Below, one piece after another: positions 18,620 to 28,634 of a stretch of 64,000 nt of DNA. A program made the translations under genes and the position numbers. The notes beneath the pieces were generated by a model that did no database searches, was not told where the DNA came from, and saw nothing but the letters and a program-made list of their open reading frames with translations. This DNA is from Bacteroidota bacterium (GTDB taxonomy: Bacteria > Bacteroidota > Bacteroidia > Chitinophagales > Saprospiraceae): the NCBI GenBank assembly GCA_024642705.1, contig JAHEAQ010000007.1, positions 14,204 through 78,203 of the forward strand. Direction: 5' to 3'. The first letter of the stretch is position 1. Each line of letters begins with the position of its first letter.

Positions 18620-20068
18620 ATGAACTTAAATAATCTAGAAATGGTGTCAAAAGCAATCGTATGGTTTCGCTCGGACCTTAGGCTGCATGATAATGAAGCA
18701 ATTCTGCAAGCATCGAAGCTTTTCGATAGCCTTATATTCGTATATGTATTCGATGAAAGAGTTTTTGAAGGAAAAACAAAATTTGGTTTTCGTAAAACGG
18801 ATAAATTTAGGGCTCAATTTATAATCGACAGTGTTGCAGATCTTAGAAGAAATTTAAAGAAAAAAGGATCCGAATTAATTGTGAGATATGGCAAACCAGA
18901 AGAAATATTGTTCGAAATTTGTCAAAAGACAAAATCTTCTAGAATTTTTTGCAATAGAGAAAGAACTTTTGAAGAAGTAAAAGTTCAGGATGCACTTGAA
19001 TCAAAATTATGGAGCATTGGACGTGAAATCCAATTCACCAGAGGAAAAATGTTATATTATACTTCAGATCTCCCATTTCCAATATCACAAGCGCCAGATA
19101 CTTTTATCCATTTCAAAAAAGAGGTGGAGAAAATAATCAAAATTAGAGTTCCACTAGTTTCTGAAGAAATTGATTTTAAATATTTACCAATCGATATGGA
19201 AATAGGATCAATTCCAACCCTTCAAGATTTGGGCTTTTCAACTGAAGAATGTAATTTCCAAAAAGTACAAGAAGGAGGTGAAACTTTTGCTTTGAATCAA
19301 TTGAAATATTTTCTTTGGGATTCGGATGGCATAAGCAATTATAAAAATACTAAATGTGAAATGGTAGGTAGAAATTATTCATCTAAACTTTCAGCTTATT
19401 TATCACAAGGTTGCATTTCTCCCAAAAAAATAGCAAATGAAGTATTCAAATATGAAAATTCCAGAAAAAAGAATGATTCTACAAAGGGTTTGATCACAGA
19501 ATTATTATGGAGAGATTTTTTTAGGCTTTTGGCAAAAAAGCATGGAAGCAATTTTTTTAATTTTAATGGAATACTGAATGATTCAAAAGTTATTTCAAGT
19601 AACAATTTAAATCTTTTCGAAAAATGGGCAAATGGCCTAACGGGTATACCATTCATTGATGCAAATATGAGAGAATTGAATTCGACTGGATTTATGTCAA
19701 ATACAGGAAGGCAAGTTGTAGCAAATTTTTTGGTAAACGAACTTAAATTAAATTGGTTATTGGGAGCAGAATATTTTGAATCCAAATTAATAGATTATGA
19801 CCCATGTAGTAATTATGGAAATTGGAATTATGCTGCCGGATTGGGGAACAACACTAAATATGAAAAGAGTATTAATGTGTTGAATCAAGCCAAAAAATAT
19901 GATCCAAATGGAGATTATGTGAGAAAATGGATTCCAGAATTAAACAAAATTCCAGGAGGATTAATTCACTGTCCGTCAGAAATTTCTGTGGTTGAATTAA
20001 ATGATTATGGAATTAGCGATATGAATTTATATCCAAATTCAATAATTGACATAGGTAAATGGAATTAA
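18620..20068 (+). CDS. Cryptochrome DASH / deoxyribodipyrimidine photolyase family protein
   Basis: IVWFRSDLRLHDNEAL N-terminal photolyase alpha/beta domain; FAD-binding region with WRDFF, NWNYAAGLG and YDPNGDYVRKWIPEL motifs. About 480 aa, typical of Cry-DASH. Confidence 0.85.
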   Translation: MNLNNLEMVSKAIVWFRSDLRLHDNEAILQASKLFDSLIFVYVFDERVFEGKTKFGFRKTDKFRAQFIIDSVADLRRNLKKKGSELIVRYGKPEEILFEICQKTKSSRIFCNRERTFEEVKVQDALESKLWSIGREIQFTRGKMLYYTSDLPFPISQAPDTFIHFKKEVEKIIKIRVPLVSEEIDFKYLPIDMEIGSIPTLQDLGFSTEECNFQKVQEGGETFALNQLKYFLWDSDGISNYKNTKCEMVGRNYSSKLSAYLSQGCISPKKIANEVFKYENSRKKNDSTKGLITELLWRDFFRLLAKKHGSNFFNFNGILNDSKVISSNNLNLFEKWANGLTGIPFIDANMRELNSTGFMSNTGRQVVANFLVNELKLNWLLGAEYFESKLIDYDPCSNYGNWNYAAGLGNNTKYEKSINVLNQAKKYDPNGDYVRKWIPELNKIPGGLIHCPSEISVVELNDYGISDMNLYPNSIIDIGKWN

Positions 20069-20305
20069 GTTATTATTTCTAATAGAGACCATTATTTTAT
20101 TTTAGGCCGATCTTATTATGGCTAATTTTAAATCAACTTACTAGATTCAAATTGCTCTGATACTTTCATTTGTAGTAGGATTAAGGCCATTGTAAGGATT
20201 GCATGAAAATATTTCAGAAAAGATTCGAGCACAGAACTGGCATTGCAATTAGATTGCTAATTGATTTTCAAATTTGATGGATAGATTTTCTTGTGAATAA
20301 TTGGA

Positions 20306-20989
20306 TTATGGATGAGCTTTTTGGCGAAAAATTTTGAAAATTTGGTGGAAAAAGAAATTATTAGTGGACGGAAGTCGGTAAGGAGGAAGAATTTTGAAAC
20401 AATCTCCGAGGTTAGATGAACGAGCATTTAAATATCCTTGTAATTTTGCTGTTTCTCCCTTGAAAATATGGCTATACATCCAATTGCTTGTCATAGCTCT
20501 TTTTTCTTTCATAATCTCATTAACCCAAATTCCAGAATAATGAGCTTGCTCCAAACCTTTATTTAATTTTTCAACCAATTCATTCATCTCTATTTCATTT
20601 TCTATCAACTTTCGGCCAAATCGGCTTGCTACCAATGTGCCAGATCTCTTGTGTGTAAAATTAAAATGTTTAACAAAACTAACTTGCAAGTTAGCCATAG
20701 CTTGTGAAAAAATATAAGTGGATTCTGGAATCTCTTCGTCTAGAATTGTATTTTTTTGGTTCGATAAATAATGAGAACGAAAATCATCTCTTTTTTTCAA
20801 TTTAACAAGTATTTGAAATTCATTGTCAATAAAATTGTAGGCTATAATTTCAGATATGGGTAATAAGTATTTCTCCATCTTCAATTTAAAAAAGTTTTGC
20901 ATTGAAAGAGAAGAGAACATCGGGTTTCTAGCAACTGAATGGTTACTTATTAAATAAATACTTTCCTCAAATAAATGTATCGTTTTCAT
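20306..20989 (-). CDS. Hypothetical protein, paralog of 30319..31065; weak IS200/RAYT-like (Y1-transposase fold) resemblance with a degenerate HuH motif
   Basis: Shares conserved blocks with 30319..31065: ISNxxVARNPxF, EIxAYxFxxNxFQILhxh, and a C-terminal FxxLPP. The HuH position reads EFQ instead of HxH. Confidence 0.5.
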   Translation of the reverse strand: MKTIHLFEESIYLISNHSVARNPMFSSLSMQNFFKLKMEKYLLPISEIIAYNFIDNEFQILVKLKKRDDFRSHYLSNQKNTILDEEIPESTYIFSQAMANLQVSFVKHFNFTHKRSGTLVASRFGRKLIENEIEMNELVEKLNKGLEQAHYSGIWVNEIMKEKRAMTSNWMYSHIFKGETAKLQGYLNARSSNLGDCFKILPPYRLPSTNNFFFHQIFKIFRQKAHP

Positions 20990-21143
20990 ACTAATCCAAT
21001 TTTTTAGTTAAATCACTTCTATTGTATTAGTGTCGAAAAATCTAATTCTGTTACCTTTTTTTAAATTTTTTTTTAAAAAATATGCAAATGCCTTGTTTTT
21101 GATAAATTAATTAGAGCCTTTATTTAAATCTGAAACAGTTTTT

Positions 21144-22286
21144 TTATTTTATATTGCTTATCAAACCCAACCGTTTTTTTGCCTCCATTATTCTGTCAAA
21201 AGATTCTTTAATTCTTGATTCGCTGATTTCTCCATTTTGCACCATTCTTGTCATGGCCTCAACTATTTTGGTAGGAATCATTTCATCATGCTCTAAGTTA
21301 TTTCCGAAAACCAAAATATCAGCTCCAGCTAGAACTGATTTTTTAATAATAGTATCAAAATCAAACATTGCATTTACAGCTTTCATATGCAAATCGTCTG
21401 AAAATACAATTCCATTAAAATTCCATTCATCCCTGAGAATGCCTTTTATAATTTTTTTAGACAAAGTAGCAGGAAAAGAGTCTAAATTATTATTTATCAC
21501 ATGGGCCGTCATAATTGCTACTTCGTATTTGCTGCTAATTTCATGAAAAGGTAATAATTCATCTTTACTCCAATATTTTGTAATATCTGTAACTCCAAGG
21601 TGCGAATCAGCATCAGAACTACCATGGCCTGGAAAATGTTTTAATGTAGAAAGAATGCCTTTTTCATTATGTGCTTTGATCCATTCGGAAGCATGTTTTA
21701 TAACAATTTTTGGATCTGAAGAATAGCTTCGTTCTACTTTTCCAATTACTGGATTTTCACTATTGATATCAACATCGACAGAGGGCGCAAAATTTACATT
21801 AAATCCTAAATCATGCAAAGTGGTCGCATTGATCTCGGCATAAAATTTAGTTGTGTCAATATTGTCAAGTGTTCCTAAGTATTTTGCAGATACACTTTTC
21901 GGGAAACCATATTTTTCTTTCAACCTATTTACTTTCCCACCTTCTTGATCTACAGCCATTAACAAAGGTGTGCGAGCATGGGATTGAAGACTCTTTATTA
22001 ACATTTTTACTTGTGAAGGGGATGAAATATTTCTCACATATTCCTTGTTAATCACATCATAATCGAATAATACAATACTGCCTATATACCCTTTTTCAAT
22101 TTGGTCAATAAATTTTTTATCCACATCATCAATTGTTATACCGCGAAAACCTGCCATTATCATTTGGCCAATCATTTGATCTAGTGGGACTTCAGCATTT
22201 TCGATAGTTTCATTTTTAACATTGCAGGACAAGAGTCCAAAAAATATAAATAATAATAAGGTTGAGATTTTGATATGATTATTCAT
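21144..22286 (-). CDS. Glycoside hydrolase family 3 N-terminal-domain protein (beta-N-acetylhexosaminidase, NagZ-like), lipoprotein
   Basis: KHFPGHGSSDADSHLG (GH3 catalytic-region motif), LMAVDQEGG, signal peptide plus LSC lipobox. Confidence 0.85.
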   Translation of the reverse strand: MNNHIKISTLLLFIFFGLLSCNVKNETIENAEVPLDQMIGQMIMAGFRGITIDDVDKKFIDQIEKGYIGSIVLFDYDVINKEYVRNISSPSQVKMLIKSLQSHARTPLLMAVDQEGGKVNRLKEKYGFPKSVSAKYLGTLDNIDTTKFYAEINATTLHDLGFNVNFAPSVDVDINSENPVIGKVERSYSSDPKIVIKHASEWIKAHNEKGILSTLKHFPGHGSSDADSHLGVTDITKYWSKDELLPFHEISSKYEVAIMTAHVINNNLDSFPATLSKKIIKGILRDEWNFNGIVFSDDLHMKAVNAMFDFDTIIKKSVLAGADILVFGNNLEHDEMIPTKIVEAMTRMVQNGEISESRIKESFDRIMEAKKRLGLISNIK

Positions 22287-22307
22287 TTAATTGATGTTTA
22301 AAAAAAT

Positions 22308-23738
22308 TTATTGGCGGATGAGAATAATAGAATCTTTATTAAGCCAACCTTCAATATATAAAGAAAGTTTTTCTTCAAGGTTACTATAATTATTAGCGTT
22401 TAAATTGCTGTTCCATTTAATAATTAAAATATCTTTATCTATCTCTGATTTAGTCTCAAAATCTTTAAATGGTAGTTTGCCAATTGCAATTTCATCTAGT
22501 TCAGGGAATTTTTCTTTTGTTTTTATATATACATTTTTGATAAAAGTACTATCGCTCGAACTTTTATTGTTTTTTAGTTGAAACGCAAGTAGATTGGCAT
22601 CATATACAGACTTGATATTTTCTACAGAATCGATTAGGTTATATATTTTGTCAACTTCGTCTATTTGAGATTCAATACTAGAAATTCTTTCCAGATTTAA
22701 TTCAGAAGTAGGCAAAATTGTGACACGCCAATCTTTAAGACCAAGACTATCTAATTTTTTTTCGTAGGAAGTTTTAAACTTTTTTTTATCTGAATTACCA
22801 TAAACTTTCAAAAACAATTCATTGATTGAATCTGATTCTATTGTGATATAATCTTCTAAATATTTTTTTTGAGTTCCAAATTCTGAAGTCAGAAAAGCTT
22901 CAATTTTTTGCTTTGTTTGAATTTCATAAATGAGTTTTTTTAGGATAAAAAAACTTGGAATGGTCACAATTAGACTGAAAAACATGACAACAATTCTGTT
23001 TCTGGTCATATCTTTTTTGACCGGATATTTTCTAAATGGGAATTTAAGAAGTCTTACTATCAAATAAGTTGAAAGTGAAATAAAAAAAGTATTGGAGAAA
23101 AAAAGATAAAATGAAGAGAGGACAATATTCAAATCCAAATTTGCTATTCCATATCCAGTGACACAAAGAGGCGGCATCAAGGCGGTGGCAATAGCCACAC
23201 CAGGAATTGTTGTAGAAATATCTTTTCTTGCCATAGAAATAATACCTGCGATACCTCCAAAAAATGCTATGAGTACATCCAAAATTGTCGGATGAGTTCT
23301 TGCTTCAATTTCAGGAGTGAAATTCCCTAATGGGGTTAGCGCAAAATAAATGGTGCTTACCAAAATAGCAATCATTATTGCAACTGAAAAATGCAAGAAT
23401 GAGTTCTTGACTACCCTTAAATCATTGATCCCAACTCCTAGTCCCATCCCAAGTATCGGAGACATTAAAGGTGAAATCAACATTGCACCAATGATTACGG
23501 CTGGAGAATTATTATCCAATCCCAATGAGGCAATCATAATAGAACACATAAGCATCCAAGCATTAGCTCCAGACATGCTTCTTTTATTCTTGATTTCTTC
23601 TATTGTCCCTAACTTGTCAACTCCTTTTCTTAGATCAATTAAATCACTAACAAATGAGGAAAAAAAAGTCCTTACTTGCGAGAAATTTATTTGCTCAGGT
23701 TCTTGATTGTTGGTATTTGGTAATTTTTCAGGACTCAT
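22308..23738 (-). CDS. DUF389-family integral membrane protein with a roughly 170-aa soluble C-terminal extension
   Basis: GLDNNSPAVIIGAMLISPLMSPILG block typical of DUF389 (TIGR00341-like), multiple TM segments, then a hydrophilic C-terminal domain. Confidence 0.7.
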   Translation of the reverse strand: MSPEKLPNTNNQEPEQINFSQVRTFFSSFVSDLIDLRKGVDKLGTIEEIKNKRSMSGANAWMLMCSIMIASLGLDNNSPAVIIGAMLISPLMSPILGMGLGVGINDLRVVKNSFLHFSVAIMIAILVSTIYFALTPLGNFTPEIEARTHPTILDVLIAFFGGIAGIISMARKDISTTIPGVAIATALMPPLCVTGYGIANLDLNIVLSSFYLFFSNTFFISLSTYLIVRLLKFPFRKYPVKKDMTRNRIVVMFFSLIVTIPSFFILKKLIYEIQTKQKIEAFLTSEFGTQKKYLEDYITIESDSINELFLKVYGNSDKKKFKTSYEKKLDSLGLKDWRVTILPTSELNLERISSIESQIDEVDKIYNLIDSVENIKSVYDANLLAFQLKNNKSSSDSTFIKNVYIKTKEKFPELDEIAIGKLPFKDFETKSEIDKDILIIKWNSNLNANNYSNLEEKLSLYIEGWLNKDSIILIRQ

Positions 23739-23742
23739 TGGA

Positions 23743-24399
23743 TCAATCTAATCTTATTAAACCATCCTCCATTGTCAAACTTCTATCACTCATTTTTGCT
23801 AATTCATTATTATGCGTCACAATTACAAAGCTTTGTTGGAAATCTGATCGCAGCTGAAATATTAAATGATGCAATTCTTCTGAGGTCACATTGTCTAAAT
23901 TACCTGAAGGTTCATCAGCAAATATTATTTCGGGATCATTTATTAATGCCCGTGCTACAGCAACTCTTTGCTGCTCCCCACCTGATAATTGGTTTGGTTT
24001 GTGGTCAAGCCGATTTTTCAATCCTAAATAAGCGAGTAAATCTTCAGATTTTTTAATTAGCTCTTTTTTGTTTTTTTTGGCAATCAAACCAGGAATCATA
24101 ACATTTTCAAGTGCAGTGAATTCATTTAGTAAATGGTGGAATTGGAAAATAAATCCAATTTTTTCATTTCTAAATTTAGCTAATTGATTGGCATTTAATT
24201 TACTTATTTCTTTTCCAGCAATTACTAAAGTTCCTTCGTCCGAAGCATCTAAGGTTCCTAAAATGTGAAGTAAAGTACTTTTCCCTGTCCCACTTTTTCC
24301 TATAATACTTACCACTTCTGCTTTACTAATTTCTATATCAATTCCTTTTAGCACTTGGAGATCACCATAAGATTTTTTTATATTACTTGCTTTAAGCAT
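23743..24399 (-). CDS. ABC transporter ATP-binding protein, LolD/MacB-ATPase-like
   Basis: Walker [10 protein letters not shown], signature [15 protein letters not shown], Walker [13 protein letters not shown]. 218 aa. 4-bp gap to the downstream DUF389 gene. Confidence 0.85.
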   Translation of the reverse strand: MLKASNIKKSYGDLQVLKGIDIEISKAEVVSIIGKSGTGKSTLLHILGTLDASDEGTLVIAGKEISKLNANQLAKFRNEKIGFIFQFHHLLNEFTALENVMIPGLIAKKNKKELIKKSEDLLAYLGLKNRLDHKPNQLSGGEQQRVAVARALINDPEIIFADEPSGNLDNVTSEELHHLIFQLRSDFQQSFVIVTHNNELAKMSDRSLTMEDGLIRLD

Positions 24400-24684
24400 T
24401 TGAGTTGTTTTTTTTTGAAAAAAGTAAGTTCATGAGTGCAAAAAAATGGTTGTTTTGAGATGGAAATATAAACATTTAAAAAATATTGTCTGAAATAATT
24501 GGTAATCATTAGTGATTATTTGAGAATTTTTTTTTCTTTAAATACAGAAAAAAGTGGAATTTATGTTTGTTAATACTACTTTTATCTTTATTAAGTGCTA
24601 ATTACAATAACTTTGTTCTTAATTAATAATTATTCTTTTATTTTTGAGTAAAGATCATAATATTTTAAGTTCTTATCAACCTAT

Positions 24685-25899
24685 ATGAAAATTCTTCAAT
24701 TGTGTAAAAAGTTTCCTTATCCCCTTAAAGATGGGGAAACCATTGCGGTAACTTATCTTAGTAAAGCATTATCAGAATTAGGGGCAGAGATCACTTTGTT
24801 GTGTATGAATACAACAAAACATTACACAGATGTAGAATTAATACCTGATGATTATGATCATTACAAAGCAATTCATTTTGTAGATTTGGATAATTCAATT
24901 ACTGCAATTGGAGCATTTTCAAATTTATTTAGCAAAGAATCATACCACGTTTCAAGATTTATAAGTGAAGATTTTAAAACTGCGATTTCAAATTTGTTGG
25001 CAAAAGAAAAATTTGATGTTGTTCAATTGGAGACTCTATATTTAGCACCATACGTTGATTTAATTAGAGAACATTCTGATGCTATTATAACGATGAGAGC
25101 ACATAATGTAGAGCATGAAATTTGGGAAAGAATTACAAAGAACACTTCATTTTTACCTAAGAAAATGTATTTGAATTATTTGACCAAAAAGTTAAAACGC
25201 TTTGAACTTGAGCATTTAAATGCTTATGATTATTTGATTGCAGTTACAAAAAAAGACCTTAAAACATTCAAGTCTCTTGGTTACAAAAATGGTGCTATTG
25301 CCTCACCTATTGGAATAGAAACAAAATCGTATAAAATTGCACCAAGTAATCAAAAGGAAAATGAATTCTCTCTTTGTTTTATAGGATCTCTTGATTGGAT
25401 GCCAAATATTGAAGGACTTGATTGGTTTCTTCAAGAAGTTTGGCCAAGCATGAATGTTAAGTTCCCGGATTTAAAATTACATATTGCCGGAAGGAATACA
25501 CCATTTAATATAATGGAATTAAACTTACCAAATGTAATTATTCATGGAGAAGTTGAAAGCGCAATTGGATTTTTGGGAAACCATTCAGCACTTGTAGTTC
25601 CTTTATTTTCAGGTTCTGGAATGCGTGTAAAAATTCTTGAAGGGATGGCATTAGGAAATGTTGTAATTACAACAAAACTAGGTCTTGAAGGTATTGATGC
25701 AACTCATGGGAAAGAAGTTTTGATTGCAGATACAACTGAAGATTTTATTGAATGCGTAAATATTTGTATTAATAATAGCAAACTTGTTAAAGAAATTGGC
25801 TTTAATGCAAAAACTTTTGTAACAAATACTTATGACAATATTGATAATGCAAAAGATCTTCTAGATACCTATAATGATTTAATTGTTAAATACAAATAA
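24685..25899 (+). CDS. Glycosyltransferase family 4 (GT-B)
   Basis: N-terminal GT4 donor-binding region (KKFPYPLKDGETIAV) and C-terminal EGMALGNVVITT (the E-x7-E region of GT4). Confidence 0.8.
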   Translation: MKILQLCKKFPYPLKDGETIAVTYLSKALSELGAEITLLCMNTTKHYTDVELIPDDYDHYKAIHFVDLDNSITAIGAFSNLFSKESYHVSRFISEDFKTAISNLLAKEKFDVVQLETLYLAPYVDLIREHSDAIITMRAHNVEHEIWERITKNTSFLPKKMYLNYLTKKLKRFELEHLNAYDYLIAVTKKDLKTFKSLGYKNGAIASPIGIETKSYKIAPSNQKENEFSLCFIGSLDWMPNIEGLDWFLQEVWPSMNVKFPDLKLHIAGRNTPFNIMELNLPNVIIHGEVESAIGFLGNHSALVVPLFSGSGMRVKILEGMALGNVVITTKLGLEGIDATHGKEVLIADTTEDFIECVNICINNSKLVKEIGFNAKTFVTNTYDNIDNAKDLLDTYNDLIVKYK

Positions 25900-25901
25900 A
25901 C

Positions 25902-27314
25902 TCAATCAACATTTCCAGGAGGGCGTGTCCCATTTCCAATTCTTTTTGTAAGATTATCACCAAGATCAGTCCTTGCTTGTTCAGCTAACGTTTCTATTTC
26001 CTTAACAATTTCTATGTTTTCATGGTAAACATTAAATTGCTCTTCAGGATCATTGGATAAATCATACAGTTCACTTTGCTCCAAATCAATAAAAGCATAT
26101 TCTCCTGGAAGTCCATCTTTTCCTGGTTCTTGACCATTCATCGTTCGATAATTATGAGGGAAAACCATCTTCCAGTTTTTATACCTTATGGCATGCAGTT
26201 CATTTACTTTGTAATAATAATAGAAAACTTGATGCGGACTCATTGTATTTTCACCATTAATTAAAGTCCAACTATCTAAGCCGTCAATTTTATTAGTAGG
26301 GAGTTTTGAAGATGTCAATTGAGCTATTGTTGGCAAGATATCCATTGCATAAAAAGGAGTACTAACAATCGTTCCTGGTTTTAATTTGCCAGGGTACCAA
26401 GCAATAAAGGGTTCTCTTTGACCACCTTCCCAAGCAGTGCCTTTTCCTTCCCTAAAAGGTCCAGAGCTTCCTGCATGATTTCCATACGCGAGCCAAGGGC
26501 CATTATCTGATGTGAAAATAACAAGTGTATTCTTATCAATTTTCAACTCTTTCAAAGTTTTCAATATTTCACCAACACTCCAGTCTATTTCCATAATTAC
26601 ATCACCATAAAGCCCATTTTTGGATTTGCCTTTAAATTTATCTGAAACAAAAAGAGGAACGTGGGGTTGGGGGTGAGCAACATAAAGGAAAAAAGGTTTG
26701 TCTTTATTTCGTTTTATAAATTCTACACTATGGTTTGTAATTTCAGTAGTTAAATTGGATTGATCTTCTAGCGTATCTATCACAGAATTGTTTTGATATA
26801 ATGGTAAAGGACCAAAATTAAACACCGGACCTTGCTGTGGATGATATGGCCACATATCGTTAGAATATGGAATTCCAAAATATTCATCAAATCCGTGAGA
26901 TAAAGGTAAATAATCAGGATGATCTCCTAAATGCCATTTACCAAAAATGGCTGTTGCATAATTTTGCTCTTTGAGCATTTCTGCAATAGTAATTTCATTA
27001 TGATTTAGTCCTTTTTTAGAATTTGGCATCATCGCATTATGTATTCCTATCCTATTTGGGTAACAACCAGTTAAAATTGCAGCTCTGGAGGCAGAGCAAA
27101 CAGCTTGTGCAGCATAATAATTTGTGGCTTTAGATCCTTCAGAAACCATTTGATCTAAATTTGGAGTTTCATTTAAGGCAGAACCGAAGCTTTTTAAATC
27201 CCCATAACCAAGGTCGTCAGCTAAAATTACAATAATGTTTGTAGCCGGTATTTTTTGTTCTTTGCAAGATAACAAAAGTAAAAATGGCAAAATAATAATC
27301 AAGGGGAATCTCAT
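25902..27314 (-). CDS. Cys-type sulfatase (arylsulfatase/N-acetylgalactosamine-6-sulfatase-like)
   Basis: Signal peptide, sulfatase signature CSASRAAILTG (C-x-A-x-R), GKWHLG, and DNGPW metal-site residues. Confidence 0.85.
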   Translation of the reverse strand: MRFPLIIILPFLLLLSCKEQKIPATNIIVILADDLGYGDLKSFGSALNETPNLDQMVSEGSKATNYYAAQAVCSASRAAILTGCYPNRIGIHNAMMPNSKKGLNHNEITIAEMLKEQNYATAIFGKWHLGDHPDYLPLSHGFDEYFGIPYSNDMWPYHPQQGPVFNFGPLPLYQNNSVIDTLEDQSNLTTEITNHSVEFIKRNKDKPFFLYVAHPQPHVPLFVSDKFKGKSKNGLYGDVIMEIDWSVGEILKTLKELKIDKNTLVIFTSDNGPWLAYGNHAGSSGPFREGKGTAWEGGQREPFIAWYPGKLKPGTIVSTPFYAMDILPTIAQLTSSKLPTNKIDGLDSWTLINGENTMSPHQVFYYYYKVNELHAIRYKNWKMVFPHNYRTMNGQEPGKDGLPGEYAFIDLEQSELYDLSNDPEEQFNVYHENIEIVKEIETLAEQARTDLGDNLTKRIGNGTRPPGNVD

Positions 27315-27455
27315 ATTTTGAAATATTTAATTAAATAGAAATTTAATATAATTTATTTTCGGTTAAATTCAGACAATTGAAAAAGAATTTACACTTAAAC
27401 TGGCCCTTTATAGTTGTTTGTTTAATTTAGCGGCGAAATTGAGAAAAATTTATTA

Positions 27456-28634
27456 GTGAAGATACTTATTCTTTCCTCCAGGTTTCCGTTCCCTATTGAA
27501 AAAGGAGATAAACTACGTCTTTATCATCAGATGAAGGGTCTGTCGGCAGAGCATGAAATATTCTTGATTTCCCTAGATGAAGAAAATGTAAATTTGGAAT
27601 CTCTTGATCACATAAAGTCATTTTGCAATTATGTTAAGATATTTAAATTAAATAGATGGATTTCTATTTTGAATGTAGCGTTAGGACTTTTCAATAGGAA
27701 ACCTTTTCAAGTAAGTTATTTTTATAGAAAGGACATAAAAAAGCAAATTAGTGATATCGTTAACGAGATCAAACCAGATGTTATATATTGCCAATTAGTC
27801 AGAATGGCTGAATATGCCAAAGGCTTAGAGTATCCTAAAATACTGGATTATATGGATGCATTTTCACTTAGTGCATTAAGAAGATCAGAACATGAAAAAG
27901 GTATAGTAAAATGGTTTTTTCAATTAGAAGCAAAAAGATTAGCTAAATATGAATTAAGAGCTAATGATTTTTTTGACCAAATGACAATAATATCCAGTCA
28001 AGACAAATCTCATATGGTAAATGTAGTTGGTTTGAAATCGGACGATATTAGCATTATTTCAAATGGGTTGGACACAGAATATTTTTCAAGCAATAATACT
28101 GAATCGAAAAATACTATTTTATTCGTCGGAAATATGGGTTACCATCCTAACATTTTAGCTGCCAAATATTTAATTCGAGAAATAGCCCCATTACTGAGCA
28201 AAAATTGCAATTTTCAAATCGCCGGTACTCGACCAATAGCATCTATAAAGTCCTTGTCTTCAGAAAAAGTGGAAGTAACTGGCTGGCTAAATGATATCAG
28301 AGATGCATATAATAATTCTATTATTTTTGTTGCGCCAATATTTAGCGGTGCGGGACAACAGAACAAAATATTAGAAGCCATGTCAATGGGTTTGCCTTGT
28401 GTTACAACTTCAATAGTGAACGAAGGAATTGGTGCTATAGATGGAGAACAAATTTTTATTGCAAATTCAAAAGAAGATTTTGCTGAAAAAATAAACCTGT
28501 TACTTAAAAACAAAAAATTAAGAGATGATGTAATTATTGCTGGAAGAAGTTTTATTGAAGAACATTATTCTTGGCAAAATGAAAACAAAAACCTTTTAAA
28601 AATTATTCATAGTTTAAAGATTGAAAATAAATGA
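27456..28634 (+). CDS. Glycosyltransferase family 4 (GT-B), GTG start
   Basis: ILSSRFPFPIEKGDKLR N-terminus, C-terminal EAMSMGLPCVTT GT4 motif. The start codon at 27456 is GTG. Confidence 0.75.
   Translation: MKILILSSRFPFPIEKGDKLRLYHQMKGLSAEHEIFLISLDEENVNLESLDHIKSFCNYVKIFKLNRWISILNVALGLFNRKPFQVSYFYRKDIKKQISDIVNEIKPDVIYCQLVRMAEYAKGLEYPKILDYMDAFSLSALRRSEHEKGIVKWFFQLEAKRLAKYELRANDFFDQMTIISSQDKSHMVNVVGLKSDDISIISNGLDTEYFSSNNTESKNTILFVGNMGYHPNILAAKYLIREIAPLLSKNCNFQIAGTRPIASIKSLSSEKVEVTGWLNDIRDAYNNSIIFVAPIFSGAGQQNKILEAMSMGLPCVTTSIVNEGIGAIDGEQIFIANSKEDFAEKINLLLKNKKLRDDVIIAGRSFIEEHYSWQNENKNLLKIIHSLKIENK

Noticed and set aside
20069-20305. Hairpin taggccgatcttattatggcta after cry-DASH, considered as a terminator
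   Set aside because: The stem is imperfect (ttaggcc vs ggctaa) and followed by a short, interrupted T-run, so I did not list it.
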